Shown here one piece after another: positions 10,401 through 19,404 of a stretch of DNA of 64,000 nt; the first letter of the stretch is position 1, and every line of letters starts with the position of its first letter. This DNA comes from Thermoplasmata archaeon (GTDB lineage Archaea; Thermoplasmatota; Thermoplasmata; Lutacidiplasmatales; UBA184). The position numbers were made by a program, and so were the translations under genes. Location of the stretch: contig JAGWLG010000010.1 of the NCBI GenBank assembly GCA_028864975.1, positions 17,350 to 81,349 on the forward strand. The letters are read 5' to 3'. Below the pieces are notes generated by a model, which saw only the letters and a program-made list of their open reading frames with translations, did no database searches and was not told the DNA's origin.

Positions 10401-10491
10401 GGCCCTCGAGGCCTCCCGTGTCGCAGGATATGCCCATACGGGGAAGGTGGCGCGAGACGCGCTCTCGCGACTTGGGGCGGCCGCCGAGTGA
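7450..10491 (+). CDS. STAND-class (AAA_16-like) ATPase with inserted DUF835 domain and C-terminal TPR-like repeats
   Basis: Walker A GPGGMGKT, Walker B LVVLDDLHWAD, GNPYFLRE, FSHPLVWE, helical repeat C-half. DUF835-like segment LEGAEYLVSQNTF...LRD...LSLNPEAFDPREVSRLEAE. Confidence 0.88.
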   Translation: MAEPEPGTVPGSASAKAVRNAPGMQDRLPVPSEGLVGRSEELSHLRGRLTEVRSGRGHALLLTGPGGMGKTHLLRWLDRAASDQGFQVRWGTCLKEAVAPFFAFEQVFRRVEGREEAVPHDVGTDLGGSLPPFLLIEEDRPTASRTRWSAAKDPSLLLVVSRDSASTLAFRGTPLPPAAHLLRMSRIGEEDCVPPGQLDLLGERTSAHLRRAPGSIVSLEGAEYLVSQNTFAGFLQLVQYLRDVAQESGGHLVLSLNPEAFDPREVSRLEAEAEVLRLRRSAKGHGPDAQGADRDSEPPAATLLRYLGSLESSAARAPQLVVLDDLHWADPSTGLAFQFLARNCRDLPVLLVGAARGEEVSEVVTAEGTSLGDRLESMERDGVLERLVLTPFLAADVYALAARVLGSRLAAGSDPEVSELLRRTEGNPYFLRETLLQLREDGALRVAPGGELRFERSRTAHGPPLRLPTSLKRLVLRRLSALSPEDRGLLATAAAAGSIFDVAPVAAVLGRDAEQVEARFEELSTRHRLLERAGGDRARESDRWEFSHPLVWEATWEELGVAGQRREARRLFAWWSEVRSDEVESLAALGHATGDPALGRPWLSRAFGRAMGRAALETASTYLLWAADLRRSGSAPMDRDLLEEEVGFAWRVAQSGGGRLVRPALERLLSEPLPSSVRWEATSALVSGLLTIDSEEAARVLDGLGSEIARAGDAVPSSVRHRVEAVTVSLKAQQDRNQETLDHALPLLAIPPEEIDPDLRAMMVVATVNAQVYLGRPVEAEALLRAETPRLLQLGDMGLARVENLRMIFARLSGDEKEAIRAGRAAQDALWRAGRVLGAGIAEYNLGGALVELGRLEEADGMAERLLDLGKKFDMPRLRCSGSYLRAEVLVAREAWAEARPWSESALRDAESMKREDDLLDCRVLHTQVRGHLGELDTAVQALQQMDRDGAFSSPANAAAYLEKLADLLELQGAKEESATVWRRALEASRVAGYAHTGKVARDALSRLGAAAE

Positions 10492-10511
10492 TCGAGGGGA
10501 GCTCTCCCGCC

Positions 10512-11570
10512 TCAGCCCGCTTCCGGGGCCAAGCCCTCCAGCCCTTGCTCCCATCGCCAGCGTTCCTGGCACGGGCAGGGCGGCAGGTCCGCGAGCGGGG
10601 CGAACTCCTGCGAGAGCGAGGCCTCCTCGATGGCCGCGAGCACGCTCGCATCGCACTCGAGGCAGTTGTGGACCCCCCTCGGGTTCCCCCCCGAGGTCGG
10701 GAAGCTGACGAGGCGGGTCCCCTCCCGCCGGGTCGGCGCGCCGCGGACGAGGGTCTCCACGAGGCTCCAGAGCCAGGGGGGACGGTAGAGCCCTCGGCGG
10801 AAGAGGTGCTCGACCACGGTACCCCCCTGGAGGTGGACCGGGTTGATGGAAAGGGTGTCGAAGTGCTCGCTCGCGAGCTTCACCGAGAGCACGGTGTCCT
10901 CGATCGCTTCGCGCTCGGTCAGGTAGGGAGGCTTCAGCAGGAGGTAGGCCTTCGGAGAACCTCCCCCTTCGCGAACACGACGGGCGGCCTCGAAGTACTC
11001 GGAAGGCGGCGAGTTCTTGTTCACCGCCCGGCGGAGCACCTCCTCCTGCGTGCTCTCCAACCCCAGGGCGACCTCGACCTCCCCGCCGCCGAACTCCTCC
11101 CGGAGCGACCCCACGTTCTGGGCGTTCACGAACTCAGGAAGGGTCTCGGTCAGGAACCGGCGGGCGCGGCCGCGGAAAGCCCGAACGACCACCGCCCGGG
11201 AGGTCTCGGGGACCTCCCGAGGGTCGAAGAAGCTCCCCGACGTGAAGACCTTGACGTAGGGCTCGCCCTGGTAGCGCTCGAGGGCACGGTCCACCTGTTC
11301 GGCGATCTCCTCCGGCGTCGCGGAGCGACCCAGGGTATCGCGGGCGTAGCCGCACATGGTGCATCCCTTGAGGTCCGCCCAGTAGCAGCCCCGGGTCCGA
11401 AGGATCAGGACGAAGGCGCGCACGCGTTCGCCATGCAGGGCCTCCTTCTCCGACCAGAGGTTCACGTAGCGCCGGGCGTCCGCCGGGGTCCCGGGGGCGG
11501 GCCGTCGTTGCTGGGCCACGGCCCGAGCCACCGAACGTGCGGCCCCGCCCGACCCAGGGGCCTGCGTCAT
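10512..11570 (-). CDS. Archaeosine biosynthesis radical SAM enzyme (RaSEA family)
   Basis: ILRTRGCYW...GCTMCGY atypical Cys motif, KVFTSGSFFD, KAYLLLKPPYLTE, YRPPWLWS, RGVHNCLEC. Confidence 0.9.
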   Translation of the reverse strand: MTQAPGSGGAARSVARAVAQQRRPAPGTPADARRYVNLWSEKEALHGERVRAFVLILRTRGCYWADLKGCTMCGYARDTLGRSATPEEIAEQVDRALERYQGEPYVKVFTSGSFFDPREVPETSRAVVVRAFRGRARRFLTETLPEFVNAQNVGSLREEFGGGEVEVALGLESTQEEVLRRAVNKNSPPSEYFEAARRVREGGGSPKAYLLLKPPYLTEREAIEDTVLSVKLASEHFDTLSINPVHLQGGTVVEHLFRRGLYRPPWLWSLVETLVRGAPTRREGTRLVSFPTSGGNPRGVHNCLECDASVLAAIEEASLSQEFAPLADLPPCPCQERWRWEQGLEGLAPEAG

Positions 11571-11575
11571 CGCGT

Positions 11576-12268
11576 TCAACTCCGGCGCCCCGTCGGTCGG
11601 GTCCCGTCCCCAACGACCATCTCGACGGTGTCGCCGTCCTTGAGCCGGAGCGCCCTGCGGAGCTCGACTGCGGCGATGAACTCGGCCACGTCGGAGTAGT
11701 GGGTGCGGTCCGGGACGATCAGGTGGCAGGGGCGTCCGTTCAGCTTGGAGGGGTAGCAGTTCGCACCCCCGAAGGTCCTGCCCTGGTCGGTGAACCCATC
11801 GATCCGCACCCCGGCCAAGGAGCGCACCTTCCCCAGCCGTGCGAGACCCTCGGGCGTGAGCTTCACGTTGAGCGTCCCGGGGAACGGTTTGTACCCGAGG
11901 CGGGAGCGGAACTGCGAGACGTACCCCCCGATCGAGAGGTAGTAGCGCCCCTCCCCGAGCCCGGAGACCACACCGCCGGTGAGCTCGAGCGGCGAGGGCC
12001 CTTCCACGATGCTCTTCAGCTCCTCGAGCTCCTTCCTCAGGACCTGGGCGCCCGCGGGAGTGAGCGAGAGGCCCTGCTTGCGCCCGGAGAGCGAGCGGGT
12101 GAGAAGTCCCTGTTGCGTGAGCGCGATGAGGTACTGGCTCGCGGCCTGTTGGGAGGCCCCGATCGCCTCCCCCAGCTCGCGGGAAGACAGGAAGACGGGC
12201 GCTTCCGATGCGCCCCGGGAGGCCAGCAGCTTGAGGACGCCGAAGGCCTCGCGGGAGAGCGCGCTCAC
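11576..12268 (-). CDS. ribK: CTP-dependent riboflavin kinase with N-terminal wHTH (RbkR-type)
   Basis: SSRELG...SQQAASQ HTH, VVSGLGEGRYY, PFPGTLN, PDRTHY, LRLKDGD. Confidence 0.93.
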   Translation of the reverse strand: MSALSREAFGVLKLLASRGASEAPVFLSSRELGEAIGASQQAASQYLIALTQQGLLTRSLSGRKQGLSLTPAGAQVLRKELEELKSIVEGPSPLELTGGVVSGLGEGRYYLSIGGYVSQFRSRLGYKPFPGTLNVKLTPEGLARLGKVRSLAGVRIDGFTDQGRTFGGANCYPSKLNGRPCHLIVPDRTHYSDVAEFIAAVELRRALRLKDGDTVEMVVGDGTRPTGRRS

Positions 12269-12537
12269 CGCCAGCGTGCCCCGGGTCGCGACTCCGTCGT
12301 GACCGCGGGAGCGGGCCCCAGTTTCTCCGCTTGGACCGCGATCACCTGACTTCCGCGTACCACCACCTTCCCGAGCTTGCGGGTCCTGGACTCGGTCGTT
12401 TCCTCGGCCTCTTCCAGCGAGAGGTTGATGAACTCGTCCCAGCCTTCGAGCTTTCCCTTGAGCGTGCGCGAGTCCTTGAGGACGACGACGACGACCTGCC
12501 CCTGGCTGCGGGCCAGGAAGTCCTTCGGGGCGACCAT
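12265..12537 (-). CDS. Sm-like archaeal protein (SmAP/Lsm)
   Basis: Sm1 motif LKGKLEGWDEFINLSL and Sm2 motif VVVRGSQVIAV. CTTAAG lies ~30 nt upstream (12567-12572). Confidence 0.92.
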   Translation of the reverse strand: MVAPKDFLARSQGQVVVVVLKDSRTLKGKLEGWDEFINLSLEEAEETTESRTRKLGKVVVRGSQVIAVQAEKLGPAPAVTTESRPGARWR

Positions 12538-12754
12538 GGGTCGATTCCTGACCACGAAGGGGTCGCCTTAAGTCTTGCGTGGAGCGCCCGACGGACGCAG
12601 ACGTGGGAGCCCTGAGGTAGCCGGAGGGCTCGGGGCCCGAAAGGGGACCCTTGTCGGTGAGGGTCAGGCCTTCCGGTCGAGGGCCGCAGAGCCACGTCTC
12701 GCGAGGCTCGGCCGGTCGGCCAGGAGTCCTGGGGGCGATGACCGCTGGACGGCC

Positions 12755-14677
12755 CTAGGTCGTGCCCTTGTCGTCGACCACCTTGAAGTCGGCGTCGACC
12801 GCGCCCTTCTTGCCCGGTCCTCCGCCCTTCGGTCCGCCGTCGTCGGACGGACCTGCCGTTTCGCCCCCGGCCTCCTCTTCGGCCGCCGGAGGTGGCGGGG
12901 GGCTGCCGCTGGCGGCACCCTCGCCGCGGGCACCCTGGTAGAGGCGGGTCGAGAGCTTGTGCATGGCCTGCGTGAGCTCATCGGCCTTCTGACGCAGGGC
13001 CGTGGGTTCCTTCTGCTTGAGCTCGTCGCGCAGGGCCGAGACCTTCTGCTCGATCTCCGAGCGCTCCTCGCTCGTCACCTTCTCGCCCAGGTCCTTGAGG
13101 AGCCGTTCGGCCTCGAAGGCGAGGCTCTCGGCCTTGTTGCGGGCCTCCACCGACTCGGCGCGCTTCTTGTCCTGGTCGGAGAAGCTCTGGGCCTCGCGGA
13201 CCATCCGCTCGACCTCGTCCTTCGCGAGCTTGTTGGACGCGGTGATGGTGATGCCCTGCTTCTTCTGTGTCCCCAGGTCCTTCGCCGTGACGTTGAGGAT
13301 CCCGTTGGCGTCGATGTCGAAGGCGACCTCGATCTGAGGGACCCCCTGCGGCGCGGGAGGGATCCCGGTGAGCATGAACGTCCCCAACGAGACGTTCTGG
13401 TCCGCCATCGGGCGCTCGCCCTGAAGGACCTTGATCTCGACGCTCGACTGGCTGTCCGAGGCTGTCGTGAAGATCTGGCTCTTGCGCGTCGGGATGGTCG
13501 TGTTCCGGTCGATGAGCTTGGTGAAGATCCCGCCCTTCGTCTCGACCCCGAGGGAGAGCGGCGTCACGTCGAGCAGGAGGATGTCCTTGACCTCTCCGCC
13601 GAGCACCCCGCCCTGGATGGACGCGCCCACCGCGACGCACTCCATCGGGTCGACCCCGCGTTCGATCTTCTTCCCGACCAGGTCCTCGACGAACTTCTGG
13701 ACGATCGGCATCCGTGTCGGTCCCCCGACGAGGACGATCTTGTCCACGTTGTCCTTGTTGAGCTTAGCATCCTTGAGCGCCTGCTCGAGCGGCTGGCGGC
13801 AACGCTGGATGATCGGGCGGATCAGTTCCTCGAGCTTCGCCCGCGTCAGGGTGAGCGTGAGGTGCTTGGGCCCCTCTTGCGTCGCGGTCAGGAACGGCAG
13901 GTTGATCGTCGTCTCGAGAACGCCCGAGAGCTCGATCTTCGCCTTCTCGGCCGCGTCCCGCACGCGCTGCATCGCCATCTTGTCCTTGCGGATGTCGATG
14001 CCGCTCTCCTTCTGGAACTCGGTGGCCACATACTCCGTGAGCGAGCTGTCCATGTCCGTCCCGCCGAGCTGGGTGTCCCCGCTCGTCGACAGGACCTCGA
14101 AGACCCCTTCGCCGAAGTCCATGAGCGTGACATCGAGCGTCCCGCCGCCTAGGTCGAAGACAAGGATCTTCTGGTTCTTCCCGGCCTTGTCCAGCCCGTA
14201 GGCGAGCGCGGCCGCGGTGGGCTCGTTGATGATCCGGACCACCTCGAGGCCCGCGATGGTCCCGGCGTCCTTCGTCGCCTGACGCTGGTTGTCGTTGAAG
14301 TAGGCGGGGACCGTGATGACCGCCTTCTCCACTTTCTCCCCCAGGAACGCCTCCGCGTCCCGCTTGATCTTCTGGAGGAGGAAGCCGGAGAGTTGCTGGG
14401 GGGTGTAGTCCTTGCCCCAGATCTTGTACTTGTGGTCCGTGCCCATCTTCCGCTTGAAGGCGTAGACGGTGCCCTCGGGGTTCGAGACGGCCTGGCGCCG
14501 CGCGGGCTCGCCCACGAGCAGCTGTCCGTCCTTGGTGAACGCGACGTAGGAGGGGAAGGCCTTGCCCCCGCCCACGGTGGTCCCCTCGGCGCTCGGGATG
14601 ATCGCAGGGCGCCCGCCCTCGAGGACAGCGGCCGCGGAATTGCTCGTGCCCAGGTCGATACCGATGATCTTCGCCAT
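12755..14677 (-). CDS. dnaK: Molecular chaperone DnaK (Hsp70)
   Basis: [53 protein letters not shown]-terminal VDADF. Lacks the ~23-aa Gram-negative insert. Confidence 0.98.
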   Translation of the reverse strand: MAKIIGIDLGTSNSAAAVLEGGRPAIIPSAEGTTVGGGKAFPSYVAFTKDGQLLVGEPARRQAVSNPEGTVYAFKRKMGTDHKYKIWGKDYTPQQLSGFLLQKIKRDAEAFLGEKVEKAVITVPAYFNDNQRQATKDAGTIAGLEVVRIINEPTAAALAYGLDKAGKNQKILVFDLGGGTLDVTLMDFGEGVFEVLSTSGDTQLGGTDMDSSLTEYVATEFQKESGIDIRKDKMAMQRVRDAAEKAKIELSGVLETTINLPFLTATQEGPKHLTLTLTRAKLEELIRPIIQRCRQPLEQALKDAKLNKDNVDKIVLVGGPTRMPIVQKFVEDLVGKKIERGVDPMECVAVGASIQGGVLGGEVKDILLLDVTPLSLGVETKGGIFTKLIDRNTTIPTRKSQIFTTASDSQSSVEIKVLQGERPMADQNVSLGTFMLTGIPPAPQGVPQIEVAFDIDANGILNVTAKDLGTQKKQGITITASNKLAKDEVERMVREAQSFSDQDKKRAESVEARNKAESLAFEAERLLKDLGEKVTSEERSEIEQKVSALRDELKQKEPTALRQKADELTQAMHKLSTRLYQGARGEGAASGSPPPPPAAEEEAGGETAGPSDDGGPKGGGPGKKGAVDADFKVVDDKGTT

Positions 14678-14784
14678 GTTGCTTTCAGCTCCGGTGCTTT
14701 CGCTTCTCCCACGTGGTGGAACGTCAGCCTTCGGGGCGAGCGGACCGCCCTATTTCTCCCCTCGCTCGGATGTGCGTCGACCCT

Positions 14785-15267
14785 TCAGGCGACCGCCACT
14801 TTCCGTTCCGGGACGGGGTTCGCCTTCGGGACGGTCACCGTGAGGAGACCATCGCGGTAGAGAGCCCCGACCTTCTCCGGGAGGATGCTCTCGGGGAGTT
14901 CCAGGGCCCGGTGGAACCCCGAGTACGAGCGCTCCCGGCGGACGAAGTTCTTCGTCTTGGTCTCCTCCTCGGACGCGTGGTCCGCCCGGATGGTGAGGGT
15001 CGTGCCGGTCAAACGAACATCGATCTTCTCCTTCGGAATGCCGGGGAGGCCGACGTGGACCACGTAGCTCTTCTTGGTCTCCTCGACGTCCGAGAGGGCG
15101 GGGAGGGACCCGCCCGGGGTCGTCGCTCGCGGGTCGTCGGTCCAGAAGGAGGAGAAGAAGTGGTCGCGGAGTTCGTCGAACTTGCGGTCGATCTGCGTGG
15201 AGCCCGCCACGATCGGGAGGATCTCGCTCGGAGCCTCGGTCTTGCGCACCTTGAGCTTGGTCGTCAT
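14785..15267 (-). CDS. Small heat shock protein (Hsp20/alpha-crystallin)
   Basis: LPGIPKEKIDV, RRERSYSGFHRALELP, ALYRDGLLTVTVPK. AGGTG Shine-Dalgarno upstream. Confidence 0.93.
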   Translation of the reverse strand: MTTKLKVRKTEAPSEILPIVAGSTQIDRKFDELRDHFFSSFWTDDPRATTPGGSLPALSDVEETKKSYVVHVGLPGIPKEKIDVRLTGTTLTIRADHASEEETKTKNFVRRERSYSGFHRALELPESILPEKVGALYRDGLLTVTVPKANPVPERKVAVA

Positions 15268-15282
15268 GCGGCACCTTTCGCG

Positions 15283-15310
15283 CATAGCTATGTGAGTGCT
15301 CGTATATAAG
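15283..15310 (-). promoter_or_regulatory. hsp20(-dnaK) promoter: TATA box (CTTATATA, 15303-15310) with downstream palindrome CATAGCTATG (15283-15292)
   Basis: Strongly AT-rich patch in a GC-rich window. The perfect 10-bp palindrome lies between the TATA box and the expected start site. Confidence 0.6.
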
Positions 15311-15414
15311 GTATAATGTTACGCTTTTCGACATTTTTCGCCGAAGTTGGTATTCACCTCCGTGACCGCGGCGGCGGCGCTTCTTGCGCTCGAATGGGAC
15401 CGGGGCGGTCTCGC

Positions 15415-15861
15415 TCAGAGTCGGAAGGTCCTTCGGACCTGCCGCTCAAGGACGTGAGGGGTCACCATCCCCACGTGCCGGCGCACGAGCTCCCCCTCAT
15501 GAAAGAAGAGAAGCGTTGGGATGCTCCGGACCTCGAAGCGTTCGGCGAGACTGGGGTCCCGCTCGATGTTGACCCGACCGAACGCGACCTGGCCAGAGAA
15601 GCGCCCGGCCTCCGCATCGAAGATCGGTCGGAGCGCCCGGCAGGGGCGGCACCAGGCCGCCCAGAGGTCGAGCACGACGTTCTCGTTCTTCTTGAGGTAT
15701 TCCTTGGCCTCGAGCCCTGAGAGGTTGCGGGGTGACGTCCGCGGTGAGGTTCGCGTTCTTTCCCGCATCTCTCCCCCTTCCTCCGACCCCGCCCCACGAT
15801 CGTGGGTGACCTTGGGCTCACCGCTGCTCTGTGAGCCGAACAAGCGCGACAGCACCGACAT
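15415..15861 (-). CDS. trxA: Thioredoxin
   Basis: DLWAAWCRPC active-site motif and VRSIPTLLFF. Confidence 0.9.
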   Translation of the reverse strand: MSVLSRLFGSQSSGEPKVTHDRGAGSEEGGEMRERTRTSPRTSPRNLSGLEAKEYLKKNENVVLDLWAAWCRPCRALRPIFDAEAGRFSGQVAFGRVNIERDPSLAERFEVRSIPTLLFFHEGELVRRHVGMVTPHVLERQVRRTFRL

Positions 15862-15991
15862 GGCGGCCTTGGGGGAGCCCAGGCGCCAAATGGCGTTTGA
15901 AGCTCTCCGTGAATGGCGGTTGACCTAACCCTCCGTCGGCGACCCGGGTCCCCCCCTCGGTGGGGGGGGGAAGAACGGCGAGCGACCCGCT

Positions 15992-16246
15992 CTAGGCTCC
16001 GACGGCCTGGACCAGACCGAGGACCCCGGCCTGAAGCACGATGGAGATCCCGTTGAACACCCAGACGAGCATTATGGCCATGGCCACGTTCCCGTTCTTG
16101 AGCTCCTCCATCAACGGGACCCGGAGCGTGGCCTTGTGAGGAATGGAGATCCCCAGGTAGATGGCGAGGCCGGCGAGCCCGGTCGCCACGAACAGTTGGA
16201 CCAGTCCGAAGACAAGATGGACGATCTGGGTCACGAGGTCGACCAT
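15992..16246 (-). CDS. DUF350-like small membrane protein
   Basis: Two TM helices joined by EELKNGNVAMAI, the typical DUF350 signature. Confidence 0.75.
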   Translation of the reverse strand: MVDLVTQIVHLVFGLVQLFVATGLAGLAIYLGISIPHKATLRVPLMEELKNGNVAMAIMLVWVFNGISIVLQAGVLGLVQAVGA

Positions 16247-16410
16247 GCGCGGTCGCAGACCGTTCACGTGCTTCGTTCTCCACTCGACGAGCGTCGAGCG
16301 GCCCGCGTTCAGGTTTCGGTGGTGCTCTACGAGGTAGGATCGGGCCGACACCGTGGAACGCGACGGGGCTCTGGCGTCTCGGAGCGCCGCCCCGGGGGCC
16401 GACCGGCTCC

Positions 16411-16923
16411 TCAGCGCATGGCACGAGGTCCGGTGCGTTTCCCCCTGGCATGGGGGCGATTCTCGCGGCCCGTCCGCTTCCGATAGTCGCGGTCGAGAGA
16501 GCGAGCGAATCCGCGCCACAGGTCGAGCAGACCCGGCTCGTACTCTCGGCGCGAAGGTTGGCCCGGGTACATCTCCCGGGGGCGGCGGCGGGCCCGAATA
16601 TCCAGTTGCGTCCGACCCGCGGATAGCTCCCGCAGAGTATAGTCGAGAGACAGGACGCGCGATGTCCCATACGAGTCCACGTGCCACCGATCGGGGGGGA
16701 ACAGGAGGGTCCTGTTCTGATTCAGGAGCCACCGGTCCTTGGACTTCCAGAGGTCCTGCAGAACGATCTCGCTCGGGTCGCTTTGGAGCACTCTTCGGAC
16801 GAACGGTGCTCCCGCACGCTTCCCGTCGTCGCGCGTGTAATCGGTGCACCACCTGAAGACGTAGTCCAACGGTGCGTGGAACACGATGCGGATCCGGAAC
16901 ACCGGAGGGGGGAATCGAGCCAT
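16411..16923 (-). CDS. Hypothetical protein, probable SRPBCC/START-like fold
   Basis: FHAPLDYVFRWCTDY N-terminus and DYTLRELSAGRTQL pattern. CTTAAG lies 30 nt upstream (16953-16958). Confidence 0.65.
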   Translation of the reverse strand: MARFPPPVFRIRIVFHAPLDYVFRWCTDYTRDDGKRAGAPFVRRVLQSDPSEIVLQDLWKSKDRWLLNQNRTLLFPPDRWHVDSYGTSRVLSLDYTLRELSAGRTQLDIRARRRPREMYPGQPSRREYEPGLLDLWRGFARSLDRDYRKRTGRENRPHARGKRTGPRAMR

Positions 16924-17455
16924 CCGTAACCTCAACCGGATGGTGGGCGCCTCTTAAGTCCGCGCTCGACGACCGTCGAGCGGCCGCGTTCAGATCCTGG
17001 GAGCCGCTTCACCGGCCGACGGCGCCGCGGACCGCCAGAGGTGCGTGGGCCGGTGTCGGTCGAGGGAGAGCCACTTGAACCGAAAGCAGGTCTCGGGCCG
17101 GAGGACCGGTGCCTCCGTCCTGCGAGAAGCTCAAATTCTCCCGACTGAGGCCAGCGGGGACGCTTCCCCCGCGCGGACCTCGCGGGTTGGGTGGGTGGAG
17201 GTCAGAAAGGGCGAGCAAGGCCTCTTCCTCGGATCACCAGGGTCGAGGCCTCGATGCTGCGGCCGCTATCGGCGGTTCCCTTCTGACCCATGGTTCGGTC
17301 CCCGACCTCTCGACCTTTAGGCGCCCTCCGCACCGAAAGGTCTCCCCTCCCTTTGACATCGAGAGCGGGAGTAGGAGCCTCCCGTAGGCTCTCACCTTCC
17401 CTCCTCGGCACGCCACCGCAGAAAGCCCGAAGTATCCCACCACGTTCCGCCCGAC

Positions 17456-18697
17456 GTGCCCGCCCCCACTTCCCCTTCCTCTGACCCCTCGCTTCCGTTA
17501 TCCCCTCTCGAGGCCGAGCTCCAGGACATCCTGCCCAGAGCTTCGGCCTGGCGGCAGGCCATCCACCGCTCTCCCGAGCTCGCCTACGGCGAACGAGGGA
17601 CGCAAGCGACGGTCCTGGAGGTGCTCCGGCGGCTCGGGATCCCGGCGGAGAAGTTGGGCGACACGACCGCCGTGGTGGGCCTCATCGCACCCAAGGCGAA
17701 GGGTCGGTGCGTCGGGGTCCGGGCCGATATGGATGCGCTACCGATCTGCGAGGGGACCGGAGCGCCGTTCGCTTCGACCAACGGAGCGATGCATGCGTGC
17801 GGTCACGACGTCCACGTCGCTTCTCTCTTGGGCGCGGCCGCCTACTGGAAGGCCCACGAGGGCGACCTCCCCGGCCCCGTGAAGCTCCTCTTCCAGCCCG
17901 CGGAGGAGGAGGGGGCCACGGGAGGCGCACTCCCGATGGTCAAGGCCGGCGTCCTCGATTCCACACCCAGGGTCGATGCGGTCTTCGCGATCCACCTCAA
18001 GAACGTCCTACCGAACGCGACCTTCGGGGTCCGCCCAGGCCCCGCCATGGCCTCCCCGGACCACTTCGAAGTGAAGGTGCTGGGTCGTGGAGGGCATGCC
18101 GCCTACCCGCACAAGGCAATCGACCCCGTCGTCATGGCCAGCGAGGTTGTCGTTGGTCTCCAAGCTGTGGTGAGCCGCTATCGCGACCCTCTCGACCCGG
18201 TCGTAGTCTCCGTCTCGATGATCCACGGGGGCGAGAAGGACAACATCCTCCCCGACAAGGTCGAGCTGGAGGGCACGATCCGCACGGTACGCCCCGACAC
18301 CCGGGACCGCATCGAGAAGGTCTTCCATCAGCGGGTGCGCGGGATCGTCGAGAGCGCAGGCGGGAAGGTGGAGATCGTCTACCATCGGGGCTATCCCGTC
18401 ACGGTCAACCCCCCGAAGGTCGCGGCCCTCGTCGAGGAGGCGCTCCGCCAGGAGTTCCCTTCCGAACGGGTCCTCCATCTTGAGGAGCCCTACATGGGCG
18501 GGGAGGACTTCTCCCGTTTCTTGGAGGAGCGGCCCGGGCTCTACATGTTCGTGGGGACGGACGACGGCGGCGCCGGTGGCCAGGCGATGCATTCTGCGCG
18601 CTACCTCCCTCCTGAGCGCGCGGTCCTCACGAGCATGGCCGGGCATGTGTGCGCCGTGCGTGCGCTCCAGCATGCCCCTGCCAGCGCCCTCGGGTGA
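17456..18697 (+). CDS. M20 family amidohydrolase/carboxypeptidase
   Basis: HRSPEL, RADMDALP, MHACGHD, FQPAEE, GGHAAYPH, GEDF. Confidence 0.93.
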   Translation: MPAPTSPSSDPSLPLSPLEAELQDILPRASAWRQAIHRSPELAYGERGTQATVLEVLRRLGIPAEKLGDTTAVVGLIAPKAKGRCVGVRADMDALPICEGTGAPFASTNGAMHACGHDVHVASLLGAAAYWKAHEGDLPGPVKLLFQPAEEEGATGGALPMVKAGVLDSTPRVDAVFAIHLKNVLPNATFGVRPGPAMASPDHFEVKVLGRGGHAAYPHKAIDPVVMASEVVVGLQAVVSRYRDPLDPVVVSVSMIHGGEKDNILPDKVELEGTIRTVRPDTRDRIEKVFHQRVRGIVESAGGKVEIVYHRGYPVTVNPPKVAALVEEALRQEFPSERVLHLEEPYMGGEDFSRFLEERPGLYMFVGTDDGGAGGQAMHSARYLPPERAVLTSMAGHVCAVRALQHAPASALG

Positions 18698-18824
18698 GAC
18701 CCGGGACCTCCTCGAGCACCGTCCGGCAAGTGGGACCGACCCGCCAACCGTCCCGTCCGAACCGGTGAGGCCGAGGGTGAAAGGGTCTTGACCCTAGCAC
18801 CGTCCCCGGCCTCGGGTGCTGCCG

Positions 18825-19217
18825 ATGCTCGCGAAGTCCCAACTGGTGACCTTGGTGCCGATCAGGAACATGGACCGCGCGGTCAAGTTCTACACGAAGA
18901 CCTTGGGGGGGAAGCTCCTCATGCGCGCCACCGGGGAGATGAGGGACGGATGGGCCTCGGTGAAGGTCGGGGGCGACGAGCTCTGGCTCATTGTCCCCTC
19001 GAAGAGGGAGCGTCGGAGCGCGGCGTACTCGACCTTCGTCGTGAAGGACATTCGCAAGGTTGTCAAGGGACTTCTTCGACGGCGCGTCAAGTTCGACGCC
19101 GCGGAGCGGATGCCCGGCTCGAAGGCCGAGGGCCCGATCGCGGTCGCCCCTTGGGGCTCGTCCGCTTTCTTCCATGACACCGAAGGCAACCTCTTGATGC
19201 TCTGGCAGAACGCTTGA
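18825..19217 (+). CDS. VOC/glyoxalase family protein
   Basis: VPIRNMDRAVKFYTKTLG and AFFHDTEGNLLML. Confidence 0.88.
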   Translation: MLAKSQLVTLVPIRNMDRAVKFYTKTLGGKLLMRATGEMRDGWASVKVGGDELWLIVPSKRERRSAAYSTFVVKDIRKVVKGLLRRRVKFDAAERMPGSKAEGPIAVAPWGSSAFFHDTEGNLLMLWQNA

Positions 19218-19404
19218 GCCGGGGGCACGGGAATCCCGGGGGCTGGGAACCGACATGCCGAGATCCCCTCCCGCCGCACGTGGGGTACGGCACGGAGCCG
19301 TTCTCCCTCGGCGGAGGCCCGCGAGCCCTCGCATCGGGGGCGGGCGAGCGAGAAAGGGGCGGGGCCCAACACGCGAGAGCGTCTCGGACGCTGGGACCAA
19401 GGCG

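Noticed and set aside
12575-12750. Possible structured RNA between dnaK and Sm
   Set aside because: Only short GC stems and no SRP-type motif. Explained adequately as 3' UTR plus promoter.
15294-15302. CIRCE-like half site (GAGTGCT) upstream of hsp20-dnaK
   Set aside because: Only one arm is present. The position 9 nt away does not carry the complementary arm, so it is not an HrcA CIRCE element.
15949-15970. C-run/G-run hairpin between the DUF350 and thioredoxin genes as a terminator
   Set aside because: No clear U-tract, and simple homopolymer pairing is weak evidence in archaea.
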